DNA of 46,129 bases from an uncultured bacterium. GTDB lineage: Bacteria > Fidelibacterota > Marinisomatia > Marinisomatales > Marinisomataceae. Numbering within the stretch: position 1 is the stretch's first letter; each line of letters opens with the position of its first letter. The notes beneath the pieces were generated by a model, which had not been told where the DNA came from, ran no database searches, and worked only from the letters and a program-made list of their open reading frames with translations. The stretch is from assembly GCA_965656415.1 (NCBI GenBank), contig CBFHKL010000002.1:1-46129 (forward strand), written 5' to 3'. Both the position numbers and the translations under genes were made by a program. Shown piece after piece: positions 7,968-17,681 of this stretch.

Positions 7968-9821
7968 ATGGGTTTAATAACAAATATGAGAAGTAGAATG
8001 CAAGTAGTAATGTGGACTATTTTGGTCCTTTTTGTTACTAGTATGGCTATTGGTGGACTTGTTGGTGGTGCCAGCATCACTGATATTTTTGGTGGACGTC
8101 AAGGCAATGAAGTTGGTTCGCTAAACGGTAAACCTATTCTCTTTGAAGATTTTAATCAACTAGTGTCTAATGAAATCAATAGACTTGATTCTCAATCTGG
8201 TCGTCAAATTTCAGATGAAGAAAGAGAATATATTAGAGCAGTTGTATGGGAAAGACTAATTGCTGACTTAATTGTTCAAGAACAAATTGAAAAAAATAAA
8301 ATTGTTGTTGGTGATGAGGAAGTTCTCTTTCAAATGAAGAATAATCCTCCCCCATTTTTACAAAACTCAGATGCCTTTCAGTCATTTGGGAGATTTGATC
8401 TTGAAAAATACCTCGATGCCGTTTTAAATCCTGGCCAAATTGATTGGAAACCAATTGAAGATTTTATGCAAAATGTTTATTTACCAAGTTATAAATTGCA
8501 ACAATATATTTCTAATGCAGCCGCAATTACTACTGACGATGTGTTTGAAAATTATAAAAAAAGATTTCTTAATCATAAAGTTGAAATACTTCATGTTACT
8601 GAAAAAGCAATTGATCAAGACTTTTATAATGGCTTATTAGCAAATAGACCTAGTGAAGACGAATTGCGAGATTTATATCAAAAAAATCTTCCAGACTATG
8701 ATCAGCCTGAACAAAGATATTTAAAATATGTTAAATGGCCAATATTATCTAATGCAAATGACTCGTTAAGAGTCAAACTAGAAGCAGAGGATTTAATTTT
8801 TAGATTAAATGATGGAGAAGATTTTGCTTTATTAGCTAACACATACACTGAAGATCCAAGCAATAGTGCAGACCCTCAAAATTTAAAAGGTGGAGACCTT
8901 GGATGGTTTAATAAAGGTCAGTTATTACCAGAGTTTGAAGTGGCTTCATTTGAAGCTGAAAAAGGAACTATTGTTGGGCCAATATTAACTGAATATGGTT
9001 ATCATGTAATTAAAGTTAATGATAAACGAACTGTTGACAGCAATGAACAAGTTAATGCTTCTCATATTCTTTTAACTATTCAACCTGGAAGAGGAACAGA
9101 AAACGACTTAAAAGATACCGCTAGCATTTTTGCTCTTGAAGCAACAGAATATGGATTTTTCACATTGGCTGATTCTTTAGGTATAGAAGTACAAGATTCT
9201 AATGAATTAAGAAAAGAATCAATTTTTATAGATAGTTTTGGCGTAGGAAGAAGTGCAGTAAATTTTGCATTTAATAATGTTGAAGGATCAACCTCTGATG
9301 TGATTAAAAATGATAACTTCTTTGGAGTATTTTTTCTTGATCGAATTGAGGAAGAAACTGTTCTTTCATTTGAAAATGTCAAAGAAGATTTAAAAAATGA
9401 ATTTTTATCAGAATTCAGGAAAAATCATTTAAAAACATTAGCTCAATCAATTAAAGAAGAAAACCAAAACGAAATGAACTTTTCAGAAATATATAAGAAT
9501 AATCAGAATTTAGAGTATGTTGCTGAAGCAAATTCGGCATTAATTGGTAGTTTTGAATCTATTGGAAAAAGCAATTTCATTGTTGGTGCTCTATCAAATG
9601 CAAAAGAAGGTGATATTATTGGTCCATTACCAACTATTAGAGGTGAAGCTTTTGTGAGAGTTATAGATATTGCTGATGTTGTGATGAGTGATTTTGAAGA
9701 AAAGAAAGATGCAATAAAATTTAGTTTACTTATCGATAGGCAAAATGCGATATGGGGTAATTGGCTTCAATCATTGAGAGATAATGCAGATCTTAAAGAT
9801 TATAGATACGATTTCTATTAA
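7968..9821 (+). CDS. ppiD: Periplasmic chaperone PpiD-like peptidyl-prolyl isomerase (parvulin domain)
   Basis: 617 aa. N-terminal TM anchor (VVMWTILVLFVTSMAIGGLV), a SurA-like N-terminal region, and a parvulin block GGDLGWFNKGQLLPEFEVASFEAEKGTIVGPILTEYGYHVIKV. Confidence 0.85.
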   Translation: MGLITNMRSRMQVVMWTILVLFVTSMAIGGLVGGASITDIFGGRQGNEVGSLNGKPILFEDFNQLVSNEINRLDSQSGRQISDEEREYIRAVVWERLIADLIVQEQIEKNKIVVGDEEVLFQMKNNPPPFLQNSDAFQSFGRFDLEKYLDAVLNPGQIDWKPIEDFMQNVYLPSYKLQQYISNAAAITTDDVFENYKKRFLNHKVEILHVTEKAIDQDFYNGLLANRPSEDELRDLYQKNLPDYDQPEQRYLKYVKWPILSNANDSLRVKLEAEDLIFRLNDGEDFALLANTYTEDPSNSADPQNLKGGDLGWFNKGQLLPEFEVASFEAEKGTIVGPILTEYGYHVIKVNDKRTVDSNEQVNASHILLTIQPGRGTENDLKDTASIFALEATEYGFFTLADSLGIEVQDSNELRKESIFIDSFGVGRSAVNFAFNNVEGSTSDVIKNDNFFGVFFLDRIEEETVLSFENVKEDLKNEFLSEFRKNHLKTLAQSIKEENQNEMNFSEIYKNNQNLEYVAEANSALIGSFESIGKSNFIVGALSNAKEGDIIGPLPTIRGEAFVRVIDIADVVMSDFEEKKDAIKFSLLIDRQNAIWGNWLQSLRDNADLKDYRYDFY

Positions 9822-10762
9822 TTTTCTCTAAAAACACCAAGCTTATCATATCTTGAAACTCTGTAATTTAAAAAATCGTCATTTAGATTTTTCTTAAGAT
9901 CTTTAATTTCACTTAATATTGTATCCTTGAGTATATTAGCTGTTTTATCAAAATGCCTGTGAGCACCTCCAGAAGGTTCATAAACAACCATGTTACATAT
10001 ATCATGCTCCATTAAGTCTTTAGGTGTTAGTTTAAGAGATTTGGCCGCTTCTGGAGCCTTGGAAGAGTCTTTCCATAAAATAGATGCACAACCTTCCGGG
10101 CTAATTACAGAAAACCATGTATGCTCTAACATAATCATTTTATCACAAAGCCCAATTCCTAAAGCACCACCACTTGCTCCTTCTCCAATTACAACCGATA
10201 AAATTTGAGTTTTGATTGAAGCCATTTCAAAGAGATTATTTGCAATTGCATAACCTTGACCTCTTTCTTCAGCTCCAATACCTGGATCTGCTCCAGGAGT
10301 ATCAATTAAAGTAATTATTGGTAATTTAAATTTTTCAGCTAACTTCATAACTCTTAAAGCTTTTCTATAGCCCTCTGGCTTCATCATTCCAAAATTCCTA
10401 AAAATATTGTCTTTGGTGTTTCTACCCTTTTGTTGACCAATTATCACTACTTTTTCACTATCAATCATGCCAATTCCAGCAACAACAGCATTGTCATCTG
10501 AAAAAGCCTTATCTCCATGAAGTTCAGTAAAATTATCACACCAAGAATTAATGTAGTCAAGAGTATAGGGTCTGTTTGGATGTCTAGCCAGCTGAACGGT
10601 TTCCCAGGCAGAAAGATTTTCAAAAATTTCTTTCTCCAAATTTTCTCTTTCGGAAATTAATTTTTTTAAATTTTCTGATTCTAACTCAGAAGCTGATAAT
10701 TTTTCAATTTCAAAATCTAAATCTTTCAAAGGTTTTTCAAATGGCAAATAATGTTTTTTCAT
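9818..10762 (-). CDS. accA: Acetyl-CoA carboxylase carboxyltransferase subunit alpha
   Basis: Full-length match to AccA. Examples are LPFEKPLKDLDFEIEKL, RHPNRPYTLDYI, LHGDKAF.DD.A.V.GIG, FGMMKPEGYRKALRVMKLAEKFKLPIITLIDTPGA.PG..AEERGQ and VIGEGASGGALGIG. I prefer the start MKKHYLPF at 10762, which forms an ATGA overlap with the upstream stop. The track's 10801 looks like a 5' over-extension. Confidence 0.95.
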   Translation of the reverse strand: MKKHYLPFEKPLKDLDFEIEKLSASELESENLKKLISERENLEKEIFENLSAWETVQLARHPNRPYTLDYINSWCDNFTELHGDKAFSDDNAVVAGIGMIDSEKVVIIGQQKGRNTKDNIFRNFGMMKPEGYRKALRVMKLAEKFKLPIITLIDTPGADPGIGAEERGQGYAIANNLFEMASIKTQILSVVIGEGASGGALGIGLCDKMIMLEHTWFSVISPEGCASILWKDSSKAPEAAKSLKLTPKDLMEHDICNMVVYEPSGGAHRHFDKTANILKDTILSEIKDLKKNLNDDFLNYRVSRYDKLGVFREN

Positions 10763-11469
10763 CTTTTTAATCTTAATAATCTCCATAAACCAAATAACCA
10801 AACTTTAAAGATGGCCTCAACCATTACAGCCTTACTCATTTTTGACTCTCCAACAGTTCGATCTGTAAAAACTATAGGATGTTCAATCAACTTACAACCT
10901 TTTTGAAATGCTCTAAATGATGTTTCAATTTGAAAACAATACCCTTGTGAAGAACACTCATCAAAGTTAATTCGCTCTAAACAATCTCTTGTCCAAGCCT
11001 TAAATCCAGCTGTTAAATCTTTAACAGGGACCCCAGTAATTGTTCTTGCATAAATATTGGCAAAATAACTTATATATAATCTTCTGACAGGCCAATTTAT
11101 AACTCTTAAACCTCCTTTATACCTACTGCCAATTACTAGATCATTACTATCTAATAAATTTAACATTGGATTTATTTCTTTAGGATCATGAGATAAATCA
11201 GCATCCATTTGAATTATTTTGTGATAATTATTTTTTAAAGACCATGAAAAGCCTTCAACGTAAGCTGAACCTAATCCTTTTTTTGCTTCACGTTCAATTA
11301 TAAAAATTTTTTCATTATTTAAATCTTTAACAATATCTGCAGTTCCGTCCGGAGAATTATCATCAATTATAAGGATATTTAAATCGTCTCTTTGAGCTAA
11401 TACCAAATCAATAGTTTTAACTATATTTTTTGACTCATTGTAGGTCGGTAAGATAATTAGATTTTTCAT
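10759..11469 (-). CDS. GT2 polyprenol/dolichol-phosphate mannosyltransferase-like glycosyltransferase
   Basis: The blocks ILPTYNESKNI, IIDDNSPDGT, GLGSAY and MDADLSHDP are hallmarks of Ppm1/DPM1-type GT2 enzymes. Confidence 0.85.
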   Translation of the reverse strand: MKNLIILPTYNESKNIVKTIDLVLAQRDDLNILIIDDNSPDGTADIVKDLNNEKIFIIEREAKKGLGSAYVEGFSWSLKNNYHKIIQMDADLSHDPKEINPMLNLLDSNDLVIGSRYKGGLRVINWPVRRLYISYFANIYARTITGVPVKDLTAGFKAWTRDCLERINFDECSSQGYCFQIETSFRAFQKGCKLIEHPIVFTDRTVGESKMSKAVMVEAIFKVWLFGLWRLLRLKR

Positions 11470-12480
11470 TTAATTTATATCTATTGTTTTAGCAATCATT
11501 TCCATTTGTCTCATATAAAATGCTTTTTTTCCTCCAGGATTAAAAACTATATAACTTATGTAAAATGTTCTATCATTTTCATAATCATAGAAAAGATAGC
11601 CTTGAAAAGGTCCTCCTTTGGCATCTTCAATAGATTCCCATAAACCATAAATTTTATAGGCTGACTCAGAATTAAAATCATCAAAGTCAATTTTTAAATA
11701 GTCCTGATTGTATCTTATAGAATTAAAATGATTCTGAGGAAAATTTGAAACATACTCAAAAGCATCATCTTTGGTAAAATGATTTCCTTCTCTCCAATGA
11801 ACCGCAATCCATCTAAAAGGCAATTCTTGTCCAATCCAAAAAAATGATTTATCAATGTCATTTTTTATCAACTCCCATCCCCAAGGAATCTTCATTGTCC
11901 AGCCATATGAATCATAAAGATTTGATTCTAATTCCTCTTGTCTTTCATTTTCTAAAAAATACTGAGCCTGTTTTTCAAAAAAGTTTTCATCAAACTGCTG
12001 TTTTATAAAGGTATTATTTTGTTGTAAATAATCATTTATCTGTTGATAGCTATCTCCACTAATAATCATAAATAATTGGTTTTTTGCAAATTGGTTTCGA
12101 GACAAAACTAATGGTATATCACTCAAAGTTTTGTTGAATGCGCTTTCACCTAATAAATCTCTTACAAGCTTAGTTGCAGGATTAAGTTCATAATCTCCAA
12201 TAGATGCTATAATTAGATTAGTTTGTGTTTTAAGTGCTGAGAAGCTTTCTGGTTCAGCAAATTTAATATTATAAAACGATTCAGGAGATGGAGTTAAAAG
12301 AGTATCATTAAAAACTACTGACAATAAAGAGCTAATTTCTGCTCTATCTTCTTTAGCAGCTAATACAATAATATCATCATTTCCTCCTATAGAATCACGC
12401 TTATATTCACAAGCTTGTGTGATGAGTAGGACAAAAAAAATAATTAGGATTCTAATCATTTTTATTCCTTTGAAATTCAT
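11470..12480 (-). CDS. Conserved envelope protein with signal peptide, probably DUF4837-like
   Basis: 336 aa. Signal peptide ending LLITQAC. The overall pattern resembles the FCB-group DUF4837 family as I remember it, which I have not verified. An alternative ATG lies at 12459. Confidence 0.5.
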   Translation of the reverse strand: MNFKGIKMIRILIIFFVLLITQACEYKRDSIGGNDDIIVLAAKEDRAEISSLLSVVFNDTLLTPSPESFYNIKFAEPESFSALKTQTNLIIASIGDYELNPATKLVRDLLGESAFNKTLSDIPLVLSRNQFAKNQLFMIISGDSYQQINDYLQQNNTFIKQQFDENFFEKQAQYFLENERQEELESNLYDSYGWTMKIPWGWELIKNDIDKSFFWIGQELPFRWIAVHWREGNHFTKDDAFEYVSNFPQNHFNSIRYNQDYLKIDFDDFNSESAYKIYGLWESIEDAKGGPFQGYLFYDYENDRTFYISYIVFNPGGKKAFYMRQMEMIAKTIDIN

Positions 12481-13177
12481 AAATAAAAACTAAAATAATT
12501 GATAATAACAAAAAGATTAGCATTGGTTCCCAAGTTATAAAAGGGTATCTAACAAATTTATTGTTAGACGTAGCAGGTGGTTGAACTACCGAATCTTGAG
12601 TACTTATATTTGCTGCATATTCGATAGATGTGTTTCCATGTGGATTGTAATAGCTTAAATCAATCATTGATGAAGAAGATTTAGAAAAATCATTTATTAT
12701 ACCTTGAAAAAATGTCAAACCATTTTGATCTCTGACTTTTTCAAGTGAAAAACCTTCTGCTGAAACAATGAAATCCTTCGAGGCAAAAGGGATTTGAACT
12801 CCCAATATCACAGTTTTGATTAATTGATCTGTTTGAAGATTAAAAGAAAATTTTCTTGGTCCAGGATCTTTAATAAATTTATCTAAAAATAGATAAATAG
12901 TATGATTTCCATCTTGATTAAGAGCATTTAAAGTGTTGTTACTTGTTTTTAATATTTGTTCAAATTCTAATCCTTCTCCGGAGATTGTATACAAAACTGA
13001 ATCAATGCGAGAAGAAACAGGAAACACTATTTCGTTTTTACCAAATTTATCAAATTTATACTCAATAGCTACTCCTGGATAAGAAAATTCAGGATAAATA
13101 GTTACCGATAAAGTATCAACGGAAGTTTGACCAAATACATAGCTGAACGCCATTAAATAAAAACTAATCTTTTTCAT
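12452..13177 (-). CDS. Secreted beta-rich protein with C-terminal TM anchor, function unknown
   Basis: 241 aa. N-terminal signal peptide (FYLMAFSYVFGQ) and C-terminal TM (PMLIFLLLSIILVFIY). Tightly packed between its neighbours. I recognise no family. Confidence 0.5.
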   Translation of the reverse strand: MKKISFYLMAFSYVFGQTSVDTLSVTIYPEFSYPGVAIEYKFDKFGKNEIVFPVSSRIDSVLYTISGEGLEFEQILKTSNNTLNALNQDGNHTIYLFLDKFIKDPGPRKFSFNLQTDQLIKTVILGVQIPFASKDFIVSAEGFSLEKVRDQNGLTFFQGIINDFSKSSSSMIDLSYYNPHGNTSIEYAANISTQDSVVQPPATSNNKFVRYPFITWEPMLIFLLLSIILVFIYEFQRNKND

Positions 13178-13180
13178 AGG

Positions 13181-13876
13181 CTAAGTTAATTGAAAAATAA
13201 CAAATAAATCATAAAATGCATGAGTTAAAGCAACAATACCAAATCCTCTATAAATATAAATTATTGATAAATATATACCAGCAATAAATCTTAATGAAAA
13301 TGATAATGGAGTAAATGATTCTGCTCCTATATAATGAAATGCTGAAAAAAGTAATGAACTAACTATTATGGATAAGATTAATGAGGTTAATTCCTTAGTT
13401 TTAAATACAAATGAAAAAGATTTTGCAAGTATAAATAATAGGAAAAAGCGAAAAATCAATTCCTCATATAAGCCTGCCCCTATTGATAAGATAAAGTTAT
13501 TCAGAATACTTGTTGTCAAACCCTGAATTAAATAAATATTTTGCAGAACCATCATCAAAACTGCTGCATAAATCAATGATTCAAAAATCATTATTGTTAT
13601 ATATTTCAAAGAGATGTCAAATGTTTTAAAACTTTTTCTCTGACCAATTAAAACAATGAAAAGTACAAGAATAAATATAGAACTAGCTGCATAGTATCCA
13701 TTCAGTCCTATCATTTTAATAAATTCTTCTATTAGTACATCTGCTCCATTTTTTACATAAGCAACATCTGCTTGGAACATATAAAAAATTCCAATTTCAT
13801 ATAAAATAAATAAAGGTAATGTTACAAGAAGACTATAGAATAGAGATTTAGATTTAAGAAAATATTCTGAAAACAT
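13181..13876 (-). CDS. CPBP (CAAX protease / Abi) family intramembrane glutamic endopeptidase
   Basis: Multi-pass membrane protein carrying the three CPBP motifs: EELIFRFFL (EExxxR), FSAFHY (FxxxH) and THAFYD (HxxxD/N). Confidence 0.8.
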   Translation of the reverse strand: MFSEYFLKSKSLFYSLLVTLPLFILYEIGIFYMFQADVAYVKNGADVLIEEFIKMIGLNGYYAASSIFILVLFIVLIGQRKSFKTFDISLKYITIMIFESLIYAAVLMMVLQNIYLIQGLTTSILNNFILSIGAGLYEELIFRFFLLFILAKSFSFVFKTKELTSLILSIIVSSLLFSAFHYIGAESFTPLSFSLRFIAGIYLSIIYIYRGFGIVALTHAFYDLFVIFQLT

Positions 13877-13877
13877 A

Positions 13878-15662
13878 TTATATTTTAAGAACAGCTAATA
13901 AAGCTTCTTGAGGTACTTCAACCCTTCCAATCATTCGCATTCTCTTTTTACCTTTTTTCTGCTTTTGAAGTAATTTATTTTTTCTAGTTACATCTCCCCC
14001 ATAAAGCTTTTCAGTAACATTTTTTCTAAACGGAGCAATATTAGTTCTAGCTATTACTCTAGTTCCTATTGATGCCTGTATAGGTATTTGAATTTGGTGT
14101 CTTGGTATTAATTCCTTTAATTTTTGACATAAAGCTAACCCTCTATGATAAGAATCTTTTTTTGCACATATCATTGATAACGCATCAACTGGTTCTTTAT
14201 TTATCAATATATCTAACTTGTCTAGTTTACTTGTTCGATACTCTTTAAATGTATAATCAAAAGAAGCATATCCTTTTGATCCTGATTTAATTCGATCGTA
14301 AAAATCAAAAAGAATTTCTCCTAAAGGTAAATCATAAATAAGTTGAACTTTAGATTCAGATAAATACTGAGTTGACTTGTATTTTCCTCTTTTCTCTTCG
14401 CATATTTTCATAACATTTCCGATATAATCAACAGGAGTAAGGATTTCGGCTGTTACGATAGGCTCCATTAAACTTTCTAAGAATTTTGGTTCTGGTAATA
14501 AAGCAGGACGTTGAACTTCAACTTGAGATCCATCTTTAAGGTTAGCTAAATATTTAACATTTGGACTTGTTGTAACAATTGAAAGATCAAATTCCCTCTC
14601 GAGCCTTTCTTGTATAATTTCCATGTGCAGTAGTCCAAGGAATCCACATCTATAACCAAAACCTAAAGCATCACTTACTTCTGGCTCAAATGATAATGAT
14701 GCATCATTTAGCTTAAGTTTTTCAAGTGCAGTTCGTAAATCATCATAATCTCCAGCATCTGAAGGAAAAAGACCTGAAAAAACCATTGGTTTTATTTTTT
14801 GAAATCCAGACAAAGGACTTTTGCAAGGTTTATTAAAATTTGTAACAGTGTCACCTGCCAAGACATGCTCGATATCTCTTACATTCGCTATTATATATCC
14901 TACTTCCCCAGCTCTAATTGAATCTGCTTTTTTTCTTTCAATAATAAAGTGTCCTACTTCATCTACATCGTAATGTGTATCATGTGCAAAAAACTTAATT
15001 CTACTACCTTTTTTTAATGAGCCTTCATACACCCTTACATAGGCAACAACTCCTCTATATCTATCATAAATTGAGTCAAAGATTAAACCTTTAAACTCTT
15101 CATTTTTTGGTTCGTCCGGAGGAGGAATTTTATCTACAACAGCACTTAAAATATCTTCTATTCCTTCTCCAGTTTTAGCGCTGGCTAGTAGAATATCTTC
15201 CTTTGAACAGCCGACTAATTCAATAATTTGTGCTGTAACATTTTCTATATCAGCATTAGGTAAATCAACTTTATTTATAACTGGAATAATTTCTAAATCA
15301 TTATCAACAGCAAGTAAATAATTTGTGACAGTTTGAGCTTCTATTCCTTGTGCTGCATCCACTATTAATAATGCACCTTCGCTAGCAGATAGTGTTCTAG
15401 AAACTTCATAAGTAAAATCAACATGACCTGGCGTATCTATCAAATTTAAAATATGTCCATTATAATCAATTCGAATCGAATGACTTTTAATGGTAATACC
15501 CCTCTCTCTTTCTAGTTCCATATTGTCTAAAACCTGATCTTGCATCTTTTTTTTTGAAATGGTTCCAGTATGCTCAAGTAGTCTATCAGCAAGTGTGGAC
15601 TTACCATGATCTATATGTGCAATAATACAGAAATTTCTTATAGGTTTTATCGTACTACTCAT
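13878..15662 (-). CDS. lepA: Translation elongation factor 4
   Basis: 594 aa. G-domain motifs AHIDHGKST, DTPGH and NKVD, plus the LepA-specific C-terminal domain (KLLQKQKKGKKRMRMIGRVEVPQEA). Confidence 0.97.
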   Translation of the reverse strand: MSSTIKPIRNFCIIAHIDHGKSTLADRLLEHTGTISKKKMQDQVLDNMELERERGITIKSHSIRIDYNGHILNLIDTPGHVDFTYEVSRTLSASEGALLIVDAAQGIEAQTVTNYLLAVDNDLEIIPVINKVDLPNADIENVTAQIIELVGCSKEDILLASAKTGEGIEDILSAVVDKIPPPDEPKNEEFKGLIFDSIYDRYRGVVAYVRVYEGSLKKGSRIKFFAHDTHYDVDEVGHFIIERKKADSIRAGEVGYIIANVRDIEHVLAGDTVTNFNKPCKSPLSGFQKIKPMVFSGLFPSDAGDYDDLRTALEKLKLNDASLSFEPEVSDALGFGYRCGFLGLLHMEIIQERLEREFDLSIVTTSPNVKYLANLKDGSQVEVQRPALLPEPKFLESLMEPIVTAEILTPVDYIGNVMKICEEKRGKYKSTQYLSESKVQLIYDLPLGEILFDFYDRIKSGSKGYASFDYTFKEYRTSKLDKLDILINKEPVDALSMICAKKDSYHRGLALCQKLKELIPRHQIQIPIQASIGTRVIARTNIAPFRKNVTEKLYGGDVTRKNKLLQKQKKGKKRMRMIGRVEVPQEALLAVLKI

Positions 15663-17238
15663 GAAAATGATTTACAATTGGAATTCTTCTTCCAATACCA
15701 AAAGCTTTTTTGCTTACCCTTAGAACTGGAGCAGCTTGTCTTCTTTTATGTTCATTAATGTTTATCTTCTTTTTTAAACTTAAAAACTGTTGATCTAGCT
15801 CGTTTGAGTCTCCAAAAACAATTTTATCTACAATTGGACTAATTAATTCATAGTCAAATGGATCAACCTGATTAGGGGCTAGCTCTGCTGATGGTTCTTT
15901 ACTTATAATATTCTTAGGAATTAATTCTTTATTTTGATTGATCCACTTTGAAAGCTCATAAACTTCAGTTTTATTTAAATCACCAATAGCTGATAATCCT
16001 CCACTCATATCACCATACAAAGTGCAATATCCTAAAGCAAGTTCTGTTTTATTACCTGTAGATAATACCAAACAGCCAAATTTATTAGAAATTGCCATTA
16101 ATATATTTCCTCTAATTCTTGATTGAATATTCTCTTCAGCGACATTATTTTCCGTCCCTTCAAACTTTTTATCTAAGGTATCTAAATATTTTCCAAATAA
16201 ACCATCAATATCAATTGTATCAAAATTGGTATTGAGGTTACTTGCTAATTTTTTTGCATCAGATTTACTATGATCGCTAGAAAATCGAGACGGCATGGAA
16301 ACTAAATAAACATTATCTGATCCAAGAGCATCGACGGCAAGACATGCTACCAATGCCGAATCAATACCTCCGCTAAGACCTATGACAGCTTTTTTATGTC
16401 CTGTTTTAATGAAATAATCATTAATACCTAAAGATAAAGCCTTAAATAATTGTTCATTTGACGAAATATTTTCAATTGATACTTTTGTATTGAGGTCTGT
16501 TAATAAAATTTGTTCTTGGAAACCATTTCCCATATTTATCAGCTCTAATTCGCTATTAAAAACCATTGAAAAACCGTCGAAAATTAACTCATCTTGACCG
16601 CCAACAAGATTACAATAAATAAATGGACAATTTGCATTCTTGTATTTGCTTTGAATTAACTTTATTCTATCATTTTTTCTATCTTTTGTAAAAGGGGAAG
16701 CTGAAATATTAATAATTAAGTCAGGATTATTTTTTATAATCTCATCTGATATTTTTCTTTCATATTCATCTTCCCACAAGTCTTCACATATTTGTAACGC
16801 AATTTTATAATTAGAATTATTTATTTTTAAATCAAAGACTCCGACAGAATCTCCGCTTTGAAAGTATCTTCGTTCATCAAATACATCATAATTAGGTAAA
16901 TGAATTTTGTGATATTTATAAACTATTTTTCCATCTTGACAAACTGCTGCTGCATTATATTTATTTCCATCAACGCTATCTACAAATCCAAAAATACATG
17001 GTACAGTTACCATTTTAGAAAGATTTTCTAAGCAGTGTATATTCTGATCAACAAATTTATTATTACTTAATAAATCTTGTGGAGGATAACCAGTAATAGA
17101 CATTTCTGGAAAAACAACAAGATCTGCACCTTTTTTTACAGCTTCTTCATAATTAGTTGCAATCTTTTTAAGATTATTTTCAAAACTTCCAAGAACAGGA
17201 TTTATTTGACAAATGGCAACATTTAATGCTTTAGACAC
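15655..17238 (-). CDS. nadE: Glutamine-dependent NAD+ synthetase
   Basis: 527 aa. N-terminal CN-hydrolase domain (FPEMSITGYP, LQICEDLW) fused to a PP-loop synthetase domain (GLSGGIDSA). GTG start at 17238. Confidence 0.93.
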   Translation of the reverse strand: MSKALNVAICQINPVLGSFENNLKKIATNYEEAVKKGADLVVFPEMSITGYPPQDLLSNNKFVDQNIHCLENLSKMVTVPCIFGFVDSVDGNKYNAAAVCQDGKIVYKYHKIHLPNYDVFDERRYFQSGDSVGVFDLKINNSNYKIALQICEDLWEDEYERKISDEIIKNNPDLIINISASPFTKDRKNDRIKLIQSKYKNANCPFIYCNLVGGQDELIFDGFSMVFNSELELINMGNGFQEQILLTDLNTKVSIENISSNEQLFKALSLGINDYFIKTGHKKAVIGLSGGIDSALVACLAVDALGSDNVYLVSMPSRFSSDHSKSDAKKLASNLNTNFDTIDIDGLFGKYLDTLDKKFEGTENNVAEENIQSRIRGNILMAISNKFGCLVLSTGNKTELALGYCTLYGDMSGGLSAIGDLNKTEVYELSKWINQNKELIPKNIISKEPSAELAPNQVDPFDYELISPIVDKIVFGDSNELDQQFLSLKKKININEHKRRQAAPVLRVSKKAFGIGRRIPIVNHFHE

Positions 17239-17681
17239 TTATCAACTTCCTCAATAACAGAATCAATCGTATTAACTTGAATTGATTTAGGAATATCCCA
17301 ACTGTTATATGCTATTAATTGTTTTTCTTGGGCCAGTGTGAATGCGATCTCACTTAAAGTTCCATATGCTCCTGAAATTGCAACACCTAAATCGCAGTTG
17401 TAACTAATTAAAGCATTTCTAGTAATATCCATGCCAGTAGATATGGGAATACTAAGATATTCATTCCCAGTTTTAAAATCTTTGTCCTTTAAAATACCTA
17501 TACATGTTCCACCATCAAGAGCTACCCCTTTAGCTATAGCTTCCATCACACCTACGCCTCCACCACAAAAAACAAGCCAATTTTTTTGGGCCATTCTTTT
17601 ACCAATTTCAACGGTGTCATTATAAATTTCATCAGTTATAAATCTTCCTCCAAACACAGCAATTCTTCCGTCAAATTTCAT
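17223..17681 (-). CDS. SLOG-superfamily protein, TIGR00725 / LOG-like (Rossmann-like nucleotide-binding fold)
   Basis: 152 aa. The blocks IAVFGG, LVFCGGGVGVMEAIAKGV and AISGAYGTLSEIAF are typical of the TIGR00725/LOG clade. Confidence 0.75.
   Translation of the reverse strand: MKFDGRIAVFGGRFITDEIYNDTVEIGKRMAQKNWLVFCGGGVGVMEAIAKGVALDGGTCIGILKDKDFKTGNEYLSIPISTGMDITRNALISYNCDLGVAISGAYGTLSEIAFTLAQEKQLIAYNSWDIPKSIQVNTIDSVIEEVDKCLKH

Noticed and set aside
8233-9382. Track ORFs 8233-8454 (minus), 8440-8640 (plus) and 9080-9382 (minus) within ppiD.
   Set aside because: They overlap a full-length PpiD-like gene that has a clear parvulin domain. Their products have no motifs.
10763-10801. 5' extensions offered by the ORF track: accA MVIWFMEIIKIKK, ogt TTG at 745, rpsT TTG at 27293 and uvrB TTG at 22730.
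   Set aside because: In each case a downstream ATG gives an N-terminus that aligns with the family consensus, and for accA and ogt it creates a clean ATGA overlap with the upstream stop.
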